From the NCBI RefSeq assembly GCF_963676685.1, contig NC_092354.1, forward strand, positions 75,392,001 to 75,456,000: a stretch of 64,000 bases of DNA. The letters run 5' to 3'. This document shows, piece after piece, positions 13,734 through 26,000 of the stretch (the stretch's first letter is position 1; each line of letters starts with the position of its first letter). The notes under the pieces were generated by a model. That model did not search any database and was not told the DNA's origin. It saw only the letters and a program-made list of their open reading frames with translations. Source of the DNA: Mytilus edulis (taxonomy: Eukaryota). The position numbers were made by a program, and so were the translations under genes.

Positions 13734-13799
13734 GATAATACGCATAGTTCTATACTTTAATTCAGTCACGGATCCGCGATATCACGGGTGTGTTCTAGT
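13734..13799 (+). mobile_element. Helitron-like 3' end
   Basis: GC hairpin ccgcgatatcacgg followed by gtgtgttCTAG|T. Confidence 0.4.
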
Positions 13800-15224
13800 A
13801 TCAATTATGAATAGAAGGGATATAGTGAACAAGATCCTATCTTAACACAAAATTAAAACATGTGCATGATAAATTTGCAGCAAAAAAAAAACACAGAAAA
13901 AACAGTGCTTTTATTGCTGTTCTTCATCTTGAAAATTACAATGAGATCTTTAACCAAGAAATTATTCTCGCCTCAAAAGTTTCAAAATAGCCCCTAACAC
14001 GGGTTTGAGCAGAATTCCTTGCTATAAAAGTCAATATCGTCATGATTGTACCAACGAAGACGCACAAATTGGAGGCAATATGAACAATTTAATATCGATA
14101 AGAGGCAAAGAAATGTAACAAATACAGTCAAGGACGTTTCTAGGTAAAAACAATAAAATAGCCTTGCTCTTGATATCATATTTAAACATGTTAAAGACAG
14201 AAAAGAAAATTATCATTCCTTAAATGTTGTTCTCTTTGATTACGCAACGTACTAGTCTAGTTAGCAAATATATGTGCTTTGTTCATTTGAATAAACACTT
14301 TGATCTGCAAAGACAATTTAAGTCGAGGGAATGAAACGTTATCATGGTTTTCTTTCTTTATACTAATTTTTTTAAATTGCCGTTCTATTTCGGCACACTC
14401 TCATGTAGGATCATGTAGAAGGAAGGATTATGCGATACACAAATGAACTACTTTATGCTGGGAAGATACAACTGGATCATTCAATATCTGACTTTTGATA
14501 TTTCATTAAGAAAACAGGGGATTATTAAGGTTTAATAAAAACTTGACGTCAGCTAAAAATCTGTTAAAACGTGTGTCCAACTTTTTTACCAAGCCTTTTT
14601 ATTATGTAATTCCGTTGATTTCCGCTCTCTCTTTGTTCCAAGAACAAAAATATCAGAACTCGTCTGATATTTTGTTTAAACCAGCATAAAACAAAATCTT
14701 GAAAATATGTGTAGTACGTGAAATATGAAGACATTCGTGTACTAGTTGTAACAGTGAGCATGAATGAGAAAAACTGAAATTATAGTGATCCACCGTATAA
14801 GATAAAACAAAATAATAACATGTAAAAAACTTTAGTATTCTTGGATCCATTTCTGAGTTGTGAAGAACTTACACAAAACTGACATTAGGACAGTTATTTA
14901 AGTAGAGCACCATAATACATGCGAAGATCTATAATAAAATCTAAAGTCTAAATGATTTTTTTTAACTTAGTAAAGATCTCGTATGAACGAATTTGAATGT
15001 CTTCCAACTTTACGACTGTGGGTTACATTTGTAATTATTGTAACCAGAGAGCATAATTCTACATACAAAATCATCTTTGTCACCACCGGGACTCGAACCC
15101 GGTCCACCGCATGTTCTAAGGAAATCCATCCCGTCACACTTCCTACCACCTCAGGGTCATCATACCATTATGACTCTCACAACACTTACATGTCAGCTCC
15201 TTTGTTCTACCGGGGTGATCTCAC

Positions 15225-16160
15225 CGGGAAGTTTTTGTCTTACAGTCAGCTGGTATGTAGTATTTGTTGTCATCTGTTACACAGACTACTTTAGCGGCAA
15301 CCATTCAAAACAACCACTCCCTTACATATTTACAAGATAAGAACATATATCAAATGTTCGCCAATTACTAAAACAAACGTTAACGCAGATATATCCCAAA
15401 ACTTCCTTTTGCGAGAGATTTGTTTTGCTTGTTATGGCCGTCAACGGAATTGATTATGTGTTTTTAACGCCACTTTTAAGCACCGCTTTTGAGCTATTTC
15501 GTGGCGGCCAGTTTTCAGGTGTGGAGAAAACCCGGAATGCCCGGACAAAACCACCGACCTTCGATAGGAAAACTGACAATTCTAGTCATTTAAGGCTGGA
15601 GTCGAGTGCATCCGCACTAGCGGGGTTCGAACTCACAACCTCAGTGTTGACCGGCTGTCAAAAGAACACACACTATTGGTAAACTGAGGTACACTGATAA
15701 CATCGATTCAAGAACGTTCATATTTACAACGTTTACAGATGAAAAGACAAGAGACGAATACGCTTCAACAACGACCGAACTTTTATAGCACTATTTAACA
15801 CTATAATGTTTGTACTACTTGCATTACACACCTTTTGTTTTGTTTCTTTGTATAGTTTTGAATCCTTCTGTATTTGTTATTTGTAATGTGATGTTCTTTT
15901 TCCCCGTCAAGACATATTTGACACAATGTGTATACACATACATGTAAGTGTGTATATTTATAGGTTAGTGAACCTTTCGTGTAATCCAGTATAGTCTGCA
16001 ATTCTTTGCGATGTCTGTGGGCCAGACAAGTCAGTAAGAGCTTTGAATAATCCAACTATCTGTCCAAGGCCTATACCAAGGGCCACGACGTCATTATAAA
16101 CAATAGTATTGAATCTATCCTCATAAACATCTGGGCTTTCATCAGCAGCTGATGTCAAAC
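15225..16160 (-). pseudogene. Truncated pseudogene paralog of the Rv2258c-like methyltransferase (exons 1-2 only)
   Basis: Exon 1-like DESPDVYEDRFNTIVYNDVVALGIGLG...GLHER at ~15968-16160. Exon 2-like YVREWLF*MVAAKVVCVTDDNKYYIPADCKTKTS at ~15225-15329 has an in-frame TGA and an acceptor changed from AG to AA. Confidence 0.8.
15450..15660 (-). mobile_element. tRNA-derived SINE
   Basis: The reverse strand has a B-box (gagttcgaaccc), the conserved central domain ggttttgtccgggcattccgggttttctcc and the tail ggcgttaaaaacacataatcaa. Confidence 0.7.
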
Positions 16161-16335
16161 TATTACAACAAACAAATTTGGACAAAATTATGTTAATTAT
16201 CTAGTTTTCCTGATGGTTTCCAATTTAAGACTAGTATAGTATAATAGTTCCAGATCTAAACAGAAAAGTTGTCAATTGATCAGTTCTGTAGAATACATGT
16301 TAATTATTTAGTTTTATATTCAGCGATTGGATTAT

Positions 16336-19300
16336 TACGGAAGCCGATAAGGGCCATTAAAAAAAAAAAAATTATGTCGTAATTACGACATAGCATGTCG
16401 TAATTTCGACATAACATGTCGTTATAACGACATCGCTATGTCGTAATTTCGACATAACATGTCGTAATTTCGACATAACATGTCGTTATTACGACATCAC
16501 TATGTCGGAATTTCGACATAACATGTCGTTACAACGACATCGCTATGTCGTAATTTCGACATATCATGTCGTAATAACGACATCACTATGTCGTTAAAAC
16601 GACATAGCTATCGCTATATATAAAAGAATATGTATTATGATTGCCAAGAGACTAAATGACACAGAAATTAACAACTATAGGTCATCATAATGCCCCCAAT
16701 AATTAGAAAAGCCCCACATAGTCAGCTATAAAAGAGGGAGGAAAGATACCAGAGGAAGAGCCCCCGAAATGCTGTGTGGCAGACAGTGTTATAATTAATT
16801 ATTAGCTCCCTTGGTAAAACTCCAAATTTTATATTTAATGTATTTCATTGTTAAATAATTTCCATGAAGCTTAATAAGTACATGTTTGTGAATTGCATAG
16901 ACTTTGCTATTTGAATTCATTGGTTAAAGATATTTATTTATATTGTAAAGTTTAATATTTGCATCGTCGCAAAATCTTTGGTTACCTTCTTTGAATAGAT
17001 TCAGTGAGAAACTTATATATTTTATAGATCCCATGTACTTAAACCGACCCGACCGTGTATGTTAGGTCTAACAATCATTCCTACCATGGCAAGTCAAGCT
17101 GATCATCTCCCTACAAATAAGTGCAAACTTCAAGGCTTTTTGTTAAATGTTTGAATTGAAGTCTTGATTGCTCTATTTCTACCTTCAAACGTTGGGCACG
17201 ATGTTCCTACAACGCCTAGGATTTAAAACAGAATCTTCGAAATTTCATTCGCAAAACAAAATGAAAATAAAAATGTTAGAAAACACGAAACAATATTGTA
17301 ACAAATTCAGTATATGTTTTAAATTATGTTTTTACAGCTCTTGATCATATACTAAGTAATATCTAGTTTATTTGAGGATTAAAATAAGAAAGCTATGTGA
17401 AAAAAACGGATGTCCAACGTTACATTTAAGAAAAACTGTTTTAACTCTTATGTATAGTGATCCTATTTCTTATTCTCTGATCTTCTTGATTCTTGGCAGG
17501 AACAACGACATGTGTTGGTTCTCTGTGCCGTTAAAGCCGTTATTTGGCAAATTTCATTTGACTCGGTGGCTGCATATTAAGCTGGAATAAGAAAAATGTC
17601 CAACGACGTTTTTCATTAACTCAACATCTGAAAGTGAATTTTATAAGTAGATATAGCAGAAAATGAATTAAAAGAGTAAGACAATAATAATATCTAACAA
17701 AAGTACAAATATTTGCCTCATGTGAGTTCAAATATTGCTGATTCAATAAAATCTTCTCTACACAGTCGTTTTTCAAACGGTAGCCAATTTGTCCAAGTTG
17801 ATATTTCATTTTTCAAATCAGTTAACGCGTATTTTTTATAATTGAAAAGAACAAAAGTTAGATACACGAAGAGTAAAAAATGCCAAGATTCTTTTCTTAT
17901 TACCTACATATTTGGGTCTTAAAGGAATAAAATGCTTCCACACATTACAAAACGGTAGCCAATTTGTCCAAACGTCTGAAAACGCCTATAATCCTAAAGA
18001 CGCTAATTTCCGACGTTACATGTGCTAAAGTTTCAATTAAATGTTCAGGATAATTAAAACAAATCATGTTATGAAATTTGGAAAAATAGGTTGATGATTG
18101 CTGCCGAAAAAAAAGAATAATGCATGTTGCTATAGACTCCGCCCGGGGACATAGGTTCGACACAGGTTAAATTTTGCAATTTTTATTAATCGTTTATAGC
18201 TTTTAACGGTTTATTTAAAAGAATTGGGAAATGGGGAAAACATCCCATTACATGAACTTCGTCCAACTTTTGCAAAGACAAATTGGAGACACCAAGACAG
18301 TCTCTAAATGTAAAATGCGAATTGAAATTTATGTTACGGAAGTACTCCGAAATAGATCATTTAAAGTCGTCACTTCAGTAAGGTGCAATCACCAATATTA
18401 AAAGACTTAATACCAGTTCACGGAATGTTTTACTTCGCGATTTGTCCTGCTATTCATGTTATAACAGTCGTGATGAAAATAATTCCTGTACTAGCGAAGC
18501 CGGAACTTTTCGTCAATATAAACTTGTGCATGAAATGGAGGTAATTGAAAGACGAATCCCAAACAGCAACGAAAACCGTTTCATCGAATTGATAAAATCC
18601 CGGGATTATATTTGCCGTTTTCGCGGACGATCCAGGAGTAGATTACTATATTTTAGAATGTACAAATTTATATCAGAAGTTAAACGCTATATATGACTTG
18701 GGAAATAATTCTCAAGCCAAGGTTCAAGTAATTGAAGGAGTGTATTTCGACAACTTATTTGCCAGGGAAAATACAAATTTAACCAAGGGTAAAAATGTTC
18801 GATTTACTTACAGAGTGTCAGATATATTTGTATTGATTGAATTAAGATATAGAAATTTTACAATGACAGATGATATGCACCTTGAAAGTTAAACATCCTA
18901 TGATAAAACAAAAATATGGAAAACCGTATACATGTACTTCCGTCCCATCTTTCCTTCCTACATTACTTGCGACAGTACTGCATTTTTAGTTGAAATAACT
19001 TAAAGGGTAAACATTATTAAATCGATTTCCACAACTCGAGGTAATGTTTTATAAGATGACATCACAAAACGAACAGAACCAGAATCAACCAACAATATAA
19101 AAAAAACCGAATAAAACTTGCAAAAATTAGACGAAGTCACAAACCTTCTTCGACACCGCAATGTGAAAGTGTAACGTCGTGTTGTAGGAATGTCGTGCCC
19201 AACGTTTGAAAGTAGAAATAGAGCTATCAATACTTCAATTCACCCTTATTACAAGAAGCCATGTAGTTTGCGCTTATATAAAGGGAGATGGAATGATTGG

Positions 19301-20038
19301 CATGCAATGTCAGTCCTCATATATTTCCACGTCTTATTTGTCTATTTCAAAGTTGTCTGACTGAACAGTCCTTCCACGGCAGGTATCTTATAAAACTTAA
19401 ATGGGATTTTAAAAATATATAACTTTCTCACTGAAGGTATCCAAAGAAGGTAACCAAAGATTTTGCGACGATGCAAATATTAAACTTTACAATATAAATA
19501 AAAAACCTTTAACCAATGAATTCAAATAGCAAAAGCTATGCAATTAACAAATATATACTTATTAAGCTTCATGTAAATTATTTAACAATAAAATACATTA
19601 AATATGAAATTTGGAGTTTTACCAAGGGAGCTAATAATTAATTAATAACACTGTCTGCCACACAGCATTTCGGGGACTCTCCCTTTGGTATCTTTCCTCC
19701 CTCTTTTATAGCTGACTAATCGGGGGCTTTTCTAATTATTGGGGGCATTATGATGACCTATAGTTGTTAATTTCTGTGTCATTTAGTCTCTTGGCAATCA
19801 TAATACATATTCTTTTATATATAGCGATAGCTATGTCGTTTTAACGACATAGTGATGTCGTTATTACGACATGATATGTCGAAATTACGACATAGCGATG
19901 TCGTTATAACGACATGTTATGTCGAAATTACGACATAGCGATGTTGTAATAACGACATGTTATGTCGAAATTACGACATGCTATGTCGTAATAACGACAT
20001 AAAATATTTTTTTTGAATGGCCCTTATCGGCTTCCGTA
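16336..20038. mobile_element. IS3EU-like non-autonomous DNA transposon with ~600-660-bp TIRs
   Basis: Ends TACGGAAGCCGATAAGGGCCATT / AATGGCCCTTATCGGCTTCCGTA; 6-bp TSD GATTAT at 16330-16335 and 20039-20044. Subterminal ~21-bp palindromic repeats atgtcgtaatttcgacat. Arms 16336-~17000 and ~19435-20038. Confidence 0.85.
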
Positions 20039-20649
20039 GATTATAAATACACTTTTATATTTATGAAATTGTTGCATGACATATTTTCGTCGTTTTTTTT
20101 TTTTTTTTTTTTTTTGCATACAGTTGTCTGATATGTTAAATCTTTGAGTTAAGGATGTGCTGTAAGGAACTTCCGTCTATTCTTTTTATCCTCATTTTGA
20201 CGATTCAAGACATATATGTACGTTTGGTTTCATAAAAATATATAAATGAAGACCGACCTTATGCCCCCTCGTTAGCTTCTTTACATGTATGTTTTTTCAA
20301 TTGCTTTCTTTTGTCGTTGAGTTGCTGTCTTATTGGCGTATATCCAATAGTTTTCATTTGAACTAAATGTGAATAATGAATTCATTTACAAGTTATTACC
20401 TTTGATTCAATACACTTAGGACTTCAGACATCTTATTATCTTTGCCACAAGTCAAAATCTATAATACTTAAGATAACTACATTACAGGTCAAAGGATACC
20501 GGTACATACTGATTGTAGTACATGTAGAACCTCAAACGTGCATTTTAGACGCTGTAATTTATAATTAAATGTGTCGAGCGTTTAGAAACTCTAATGTCGC
20601 AAGTATGTATAGTGAACAAATTAAAATAACTGCATGTAAAAATCGGAAT

Positions 20650-21705
20650 CGCGATGGTACTCCGAACCGCAATGTTCACACTGAAGTATGAAGTACGATG
20701 GTCAGTCTGAAGTACGATAGTCACACTAAAGAACAATGGTCACAACTAACGACAATTATTTGCAGTAACTGAAGTACGATGGTCACACTGAAAAACAATG
20801 GTCACAACTAACGACAATTAACTGCAGTAACTGAAGTACGATGGTCACACTGAAAAACAATGGTCACTCTGAAATAAGATTGTCACAACTCACGACAATT
20901 AACTGCAGTAACTGAAGTACGATGGTCACACTGAAAAACAATGGTCACACTGAAGTGCAATGCATGGTTGTTAAGGGCATACGATACAGTTACAGGGAAG
21001 GTAATGACGTTGCTAACGTAAAATGTTATTTTCGCGACGTCAAACTATGACATATCGGGAAAAGATGTATTTTTCGACTGATTTTTATCATTCAAACTGA
21101 TTTAATTTGAAAACGAGTGCATGGACCCCTATTTTTTAAAACAGCAATTTGTTTCATTTTACAAGGAGATTATGTGACCCAAATTTTATAAAACTGTAAA
21201 TAGCGCAATTTTTTTAATATTAATAAACATGCAGCAAAAAATGACGTTTTTTCTCTATTCATGAACATTTGATAAATATAGAGTTATTTCGAAATAAAAA
21301 TTGCATAAGTTTTTAATGATACTTAATGATACAGAAATTACGGATTATTTAACAAAAAACAATTTGTGTTTATCTTTTAAAACAAAAAAGTTATGTCTTT
21401 CTTTCGAAAAAGAAAATACGGACACAAATCTGAATTTTGAGCAAATATACAAAATTTCGACCTCATTTTACTCAAAAAGTAGCACATGAAGGTATATTTT
21501 TTATTTCATATTTGATTTAATCAGGTAAAAAATAGCCTATATGCAAATTTTCATCAACTTGTAAATACAGGTTCAAAACTGTATCGTATGCCCTTAAGTT
21601 GAAGTCCGATGGTTGTTACGCTGAAGTGCGATGGTGGTTATGCAGCGCTGAAGCGCGATGGTTGTTATACTGAAGCTCGATGATTGATGCGCTGAAGTGC
21701 GATAG
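20650..21705 (+). repeat. Short tandem repeat array (ctgaagtacgatggtcaca-type) interrupted by a MITE
   Basis: ~20-bp units and higher-order ~60-bp units on both sides of the 20975-21593 insertion. Confidence 0.75.
20975..21593. mobile_element. TTAA-targeting MITE (Kolobok-like)
   Basis: TTAA|GGGCATACGATACAGTT ... AACTGTATCGTATGCCC|TTAA. Confidence 0.85.
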
Positions 21706-22077
21706 TCTGCCTTTGATATTGAGTTTAACGCAAAATGTCCATGAGCTTTTTATTAAAATGAACTACCATCATTAATATTTGACTTTATTTGGAAAATCTT
21801 TTATCTTTGTTCAGGTCAAATTTTATTTATTTTATTCTAATCTATTTTTGAATAAGCCAATTCTCCGATTAGCAATAGAGTCAGAAAATGTAGTCTTTAC
21901 GGGCGATTTGTTTTTAACGTGGTTGTCTTTATAACAGTAATAAGAAAGGTCTATCTCATTAAGGTAGCACAATACAAAGATTTTGTCACTCCCAATCAGA
22001 CAACTTTAAACTGATGTAATTCATTTCATCCTTCTTTTAATTTTATAAATGAGGTACATGTACCAAAAGAAAGAAGA

Positions 22078-22578
22078 AAGATTAATCTTTCAAATTGTGA
22101 TAATTTCATTATGACATAATTATTACATAATTAATTATTATGTAATTAGTTGCTATATTGTGATGTCCACACTTGAATGAATTTATCTTCTTTGTTCTTC
22201 ATAGCATCCCAAAATATTTTATATATTCTTGTACAACACAGCCTGACCTCCAAAACTGTGTCCCACATTTCCAAAACATCAATAGAACAAATTTTATACC
22301 CAATTGAATTAAGTGGTCTCTTACGAATTGATGTTGCAACTTTCATTGAAGATTTATGAGATAATGAAATACAATAGGAAAAATCTGAGACACAGTTTTG
22401 GAGGTCAGACTGTGTTGTGCAAGAATCTATAAAATATTTTTGGATGCTATGAATAACAAAGAAGCTAAATTCATTCAAGTATATATAGACATCATAATAT
22501 AGCAACTAATTACATAACAATTAATGATGTAATAATTATGTCATAATGAAATTATCACAATTTGAAAGATAAATCTTG
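22078..22578. repeat. Inverted repeat with ~195-bp arms and ~110-bp spacer (MITE-derived foldback)
   Basis: aagattaatctttcaaattgtgataatttcattatgac...aaactgtgtc pairs with gacacagtttt...gtcataatgaaattatcacaatttgaaagataaatctt. Confidence 0.8.
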
Positions 22579-23033
22579 CACGTAAAAGACACTCTTGTAG
22601 ATTTCGAAAAAGAGCAAGCAAATGCCCACTAAAAGGCAGCACTCGCACCAGCGAAGTGGAAAAGGATTAATATAAGTTGTAATAACTTGTTTCCAAATCC
22701 ACTATACTTTAGTATAAATAAATATGCTTAAAATTTGAATTAAATTAAACTTTGATAAAACACAATAAAATGTAAGGTAACCTATTCACCAATTTGAGTT
22801 AGAGGAGGACTTTTTCACCCTTGAAATTTAACCAACAAAATGCAATTATGTTAACTTTGGGAAAATGTGATTATCAAAACAATATTCCAGATTTTACATT
22901 TGACGACGATGACTAATATCTCATGTAACATTATCTTATAAGGATTTCTGGGGAACTTTTAATAACCATATTAAGTAATAACCATATTGGTTATTATCTG
23001 TCAGCACTATCATCAACGGTGAAGCTAAAACAG

Positions 23034-26000
23034 TCATTTTAATGTCTTGGAACAGTGGATTACTTCGACAGACTCATTACCATGTATTGTTAAACCATTA
23101 TCTCTGAGGTATTTTGCCCTATTTTCCAGTCCCCAGCCAATCCCATTACCCACAGCCGGCGGTGCCGACAAACTACACGGGAGGCAAATGTAACAGCTTA
23201 GTGCCAGTGTTGACGCATGTATTTTACTTCCAACATTTAGCTTGGGATCCGAATGACAGAGAGGATCATGAAAGGTCAACACGCCATCGTCTTTCAATGC
23301 ACACATAGCTCCTTTAAGACAAGGACCTGGATTGGGTAGATCGTGGAACACTTTTAGCATTATTATCCAATCAAATCTTCCTGTCCATATCTCTTTCAAA
23401 TTGTCTGCACCGAGAAGATAGAATTCGACGTTAGTCAACTCTTCGTCTTCTTTGAGTTTTAGTGCAGTTTCAATCGCATACTGATCTACATCTATTCCAA
23501 CAACTTTGGCATTAGGGAGGTAATTAGCTATGTTTGCAGTAATCTTGCCAGTTCCGCATCCAATGTCCAATATTGTCCTGATTTTATCTGAAAAATTAGA
23601 AATGCTTAGTTTATTCGATTATGTTCGATTTTGACCAATTAGATTCTTAAAAGCGTACAGCAGGTAAGATACAGATTGTTGCAGAGTAAAACAAGTGTAT
23701 GTGACGCTCGTGATCGAACAAAACACATGAGGCCGACAACCGGGGGTTGGATTATCTCATAGTGTTGAAGACCCATTGGTGCTCGTTGGCCGGGTTGTTG
23801 TCTCTTTGACATATTACCCATTTCCATTCTTAATTTTATGTAATGAGGGTGAACACGCTCGTATTTAAAAATCTGAACAACCTTACCTCTGCTTTTGTAT
23901 TTAGAAGGGAAAATGTTCTCTTCTATCCAGGTTCCATCACAACTTGCCCCATCCTGATTCATATAATGGAAAACTTGTTCAAGCTTCGAAAAGTCATATC
24001 CTGTAAACATTAATTACAAATTATTTATACATAATATATAATATATTTCTAATCATGTCATTTTGGTTATTTGAACCATTAATATCTTATTATTAAATTG
24101 TGAAACGAGTTTTGGGTTTTAGCCTTATTCACTGTGTCTAAACCACACCGGCAAAATTTGCTCGGACTCGATGGTATCTAACACCCGGCACAATGACGGA
24201 ACACCAATAGACAAAAGAAAGGTAGGTTTCTCCTTATTTTTTTTATTTTTTTTATGATATCGAAGAATATAAATACATATACAACTATTTTCTATTGTGA
24301 GATGCAATATTTTCTACAACCGTTCTATATTAACGGAGAAATAACTCAAAATGCATGTCAAAATGACGAATTGAGTGAACCTTGCCTCGAAATTGTTTAA
24401 TTTCTCGTTAAACTGTTCACATTGTACGGAAAGAAAGGTACGGGAAGATAGATATTGACACGGAGATTGCAAATTTAGTTATTATGAGCATCTCAATAAT
24501 TGTATTTTTGTGTATGGAACGAAAGAAAAGGGTCATGTCAAATTAAAATAAACCGGTTTCGTCAATGTTGTTACTACACAATCACCCGGTTTCGTCTATA
24601 TATATCACCCGAGTTTTTTTGTTTTTTTTAACAAACAATTTATGAAAAGAAACTGTGGCACGGATCTGAACATTGTCTTTCGAGAATTTAAATATATATT
24701 TATTGTAAAGTAAACTTGGCGTGTTAAAATCTATTTAAAACGGGCACTTTTGGACATAGTTAATTATGATAATACACATTTTCCTAATGAAAGGCGTATC
24801 CCTTATTTCACTTAACTTCAAACTAATTTTAAATGGAATATAAATACTGAATAGCAAACACTGGTATCTAATTATTTTGTAACATTATTATATTTTCTTT
24901 GTTTATATTATAGTAGTATGTAAAGATGAAAAATAAAAGGATGTGTTTTGTTTGTGCCATAATTTTAATTTTCTATACTATATTATATACACTTAGTTCA
25001 CAATATTTACTATCAATTATTAATACATTTATGCATTCAATCATTGACGAACAGTCCCAAACCGACTTTAGTCTATGCTGTTCTGCACAAATTAATCATG
25101 CATGCAGTCCTGCCAGATTTTCTGGTACTATATAATATATACTGTGTTACTTGCGCACTAAAGCGAGTTTTCACACTTAAGCATCCATAACATAGCAGTG
25201 AGATTTGTAACTTTCTCCCCGTTTCTGGTAGGCACATTTATTTTCATAGGCATGTTTTTCACATTTTTTTTACAGTTCAAATTCATTTTTTGTACAGTTC
25301 AAATTCAATTGAATCTTCAAGATAACTTTCGAAAACAATATCTGACAGTTTTGTATTTTCAATGTGAATAAAAGTTGGTTTGCAAAACATGACCGTCATT
25401 TATATCTAGGTCTTATTAAGAAGAAGTGACGGTGACCACTTATCCCATAAGCATTGACAATGAGACAACTTTCTTTTAGACACAAAACTTATGTTGAATT
25501 AATCAAGTTTAGGTCAGCGTATGCCTTAAACAATGAGAAAAACACACAAACTGCATGAAAGCAAGCTATAACAGGGCCCTAAATTATAAATGTAAAACAA
25601 TTCAAACAAGAAAACTACCTGCCTATTTTATGTTCAAAACGCATATGGTATAAAGCAACCAAAGACAACCATGGAATTACAAGCGTGTGATTCGGGAATG
25701 GACTGAGTCAAAGTGTTGTCGCTGACACAAACAGTACAACAAAAAGTACAAATAATAAAAAATGATGAAAAAACCTTAACTCGTCCGATGACAGAGCCTG
25801 TATAGCAAACGCGCGATGTGTACCAAAACTTGTATCATAGTTAAAATTATCCCTTAAATATAATAAATATACATGTATTCGCAGTTTACTATGAAGTCCC
25901 GACTATCACTGAACTAGTATAAACATTTATTAAGGGGCCAGCTAAAGGACGCCACCGGATGCGGGAGTTTCTCGCTTCATTGAAGACCCATTGTGGCCTT

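Noticed and set aside
15080-15112. tRNA gene (B-box-like ggactcgaacccgg)
   Set aside because: No cloverleaf or A-box; more likely a SINE head remnant.
16375-16610. CRISPR-like palindromic repeats
   Set aside because: No unique spacers; these are subterminal repeats mirrored at 19830-20000 in a transposon TIR.
18200-18900. Possible degenerate transposase C-terminus (RDLSCYSC) inside the IS3EU-like element
   Set aside because: Fragmented by stops and frameshifts; no catalytic motif recognisable by eye.
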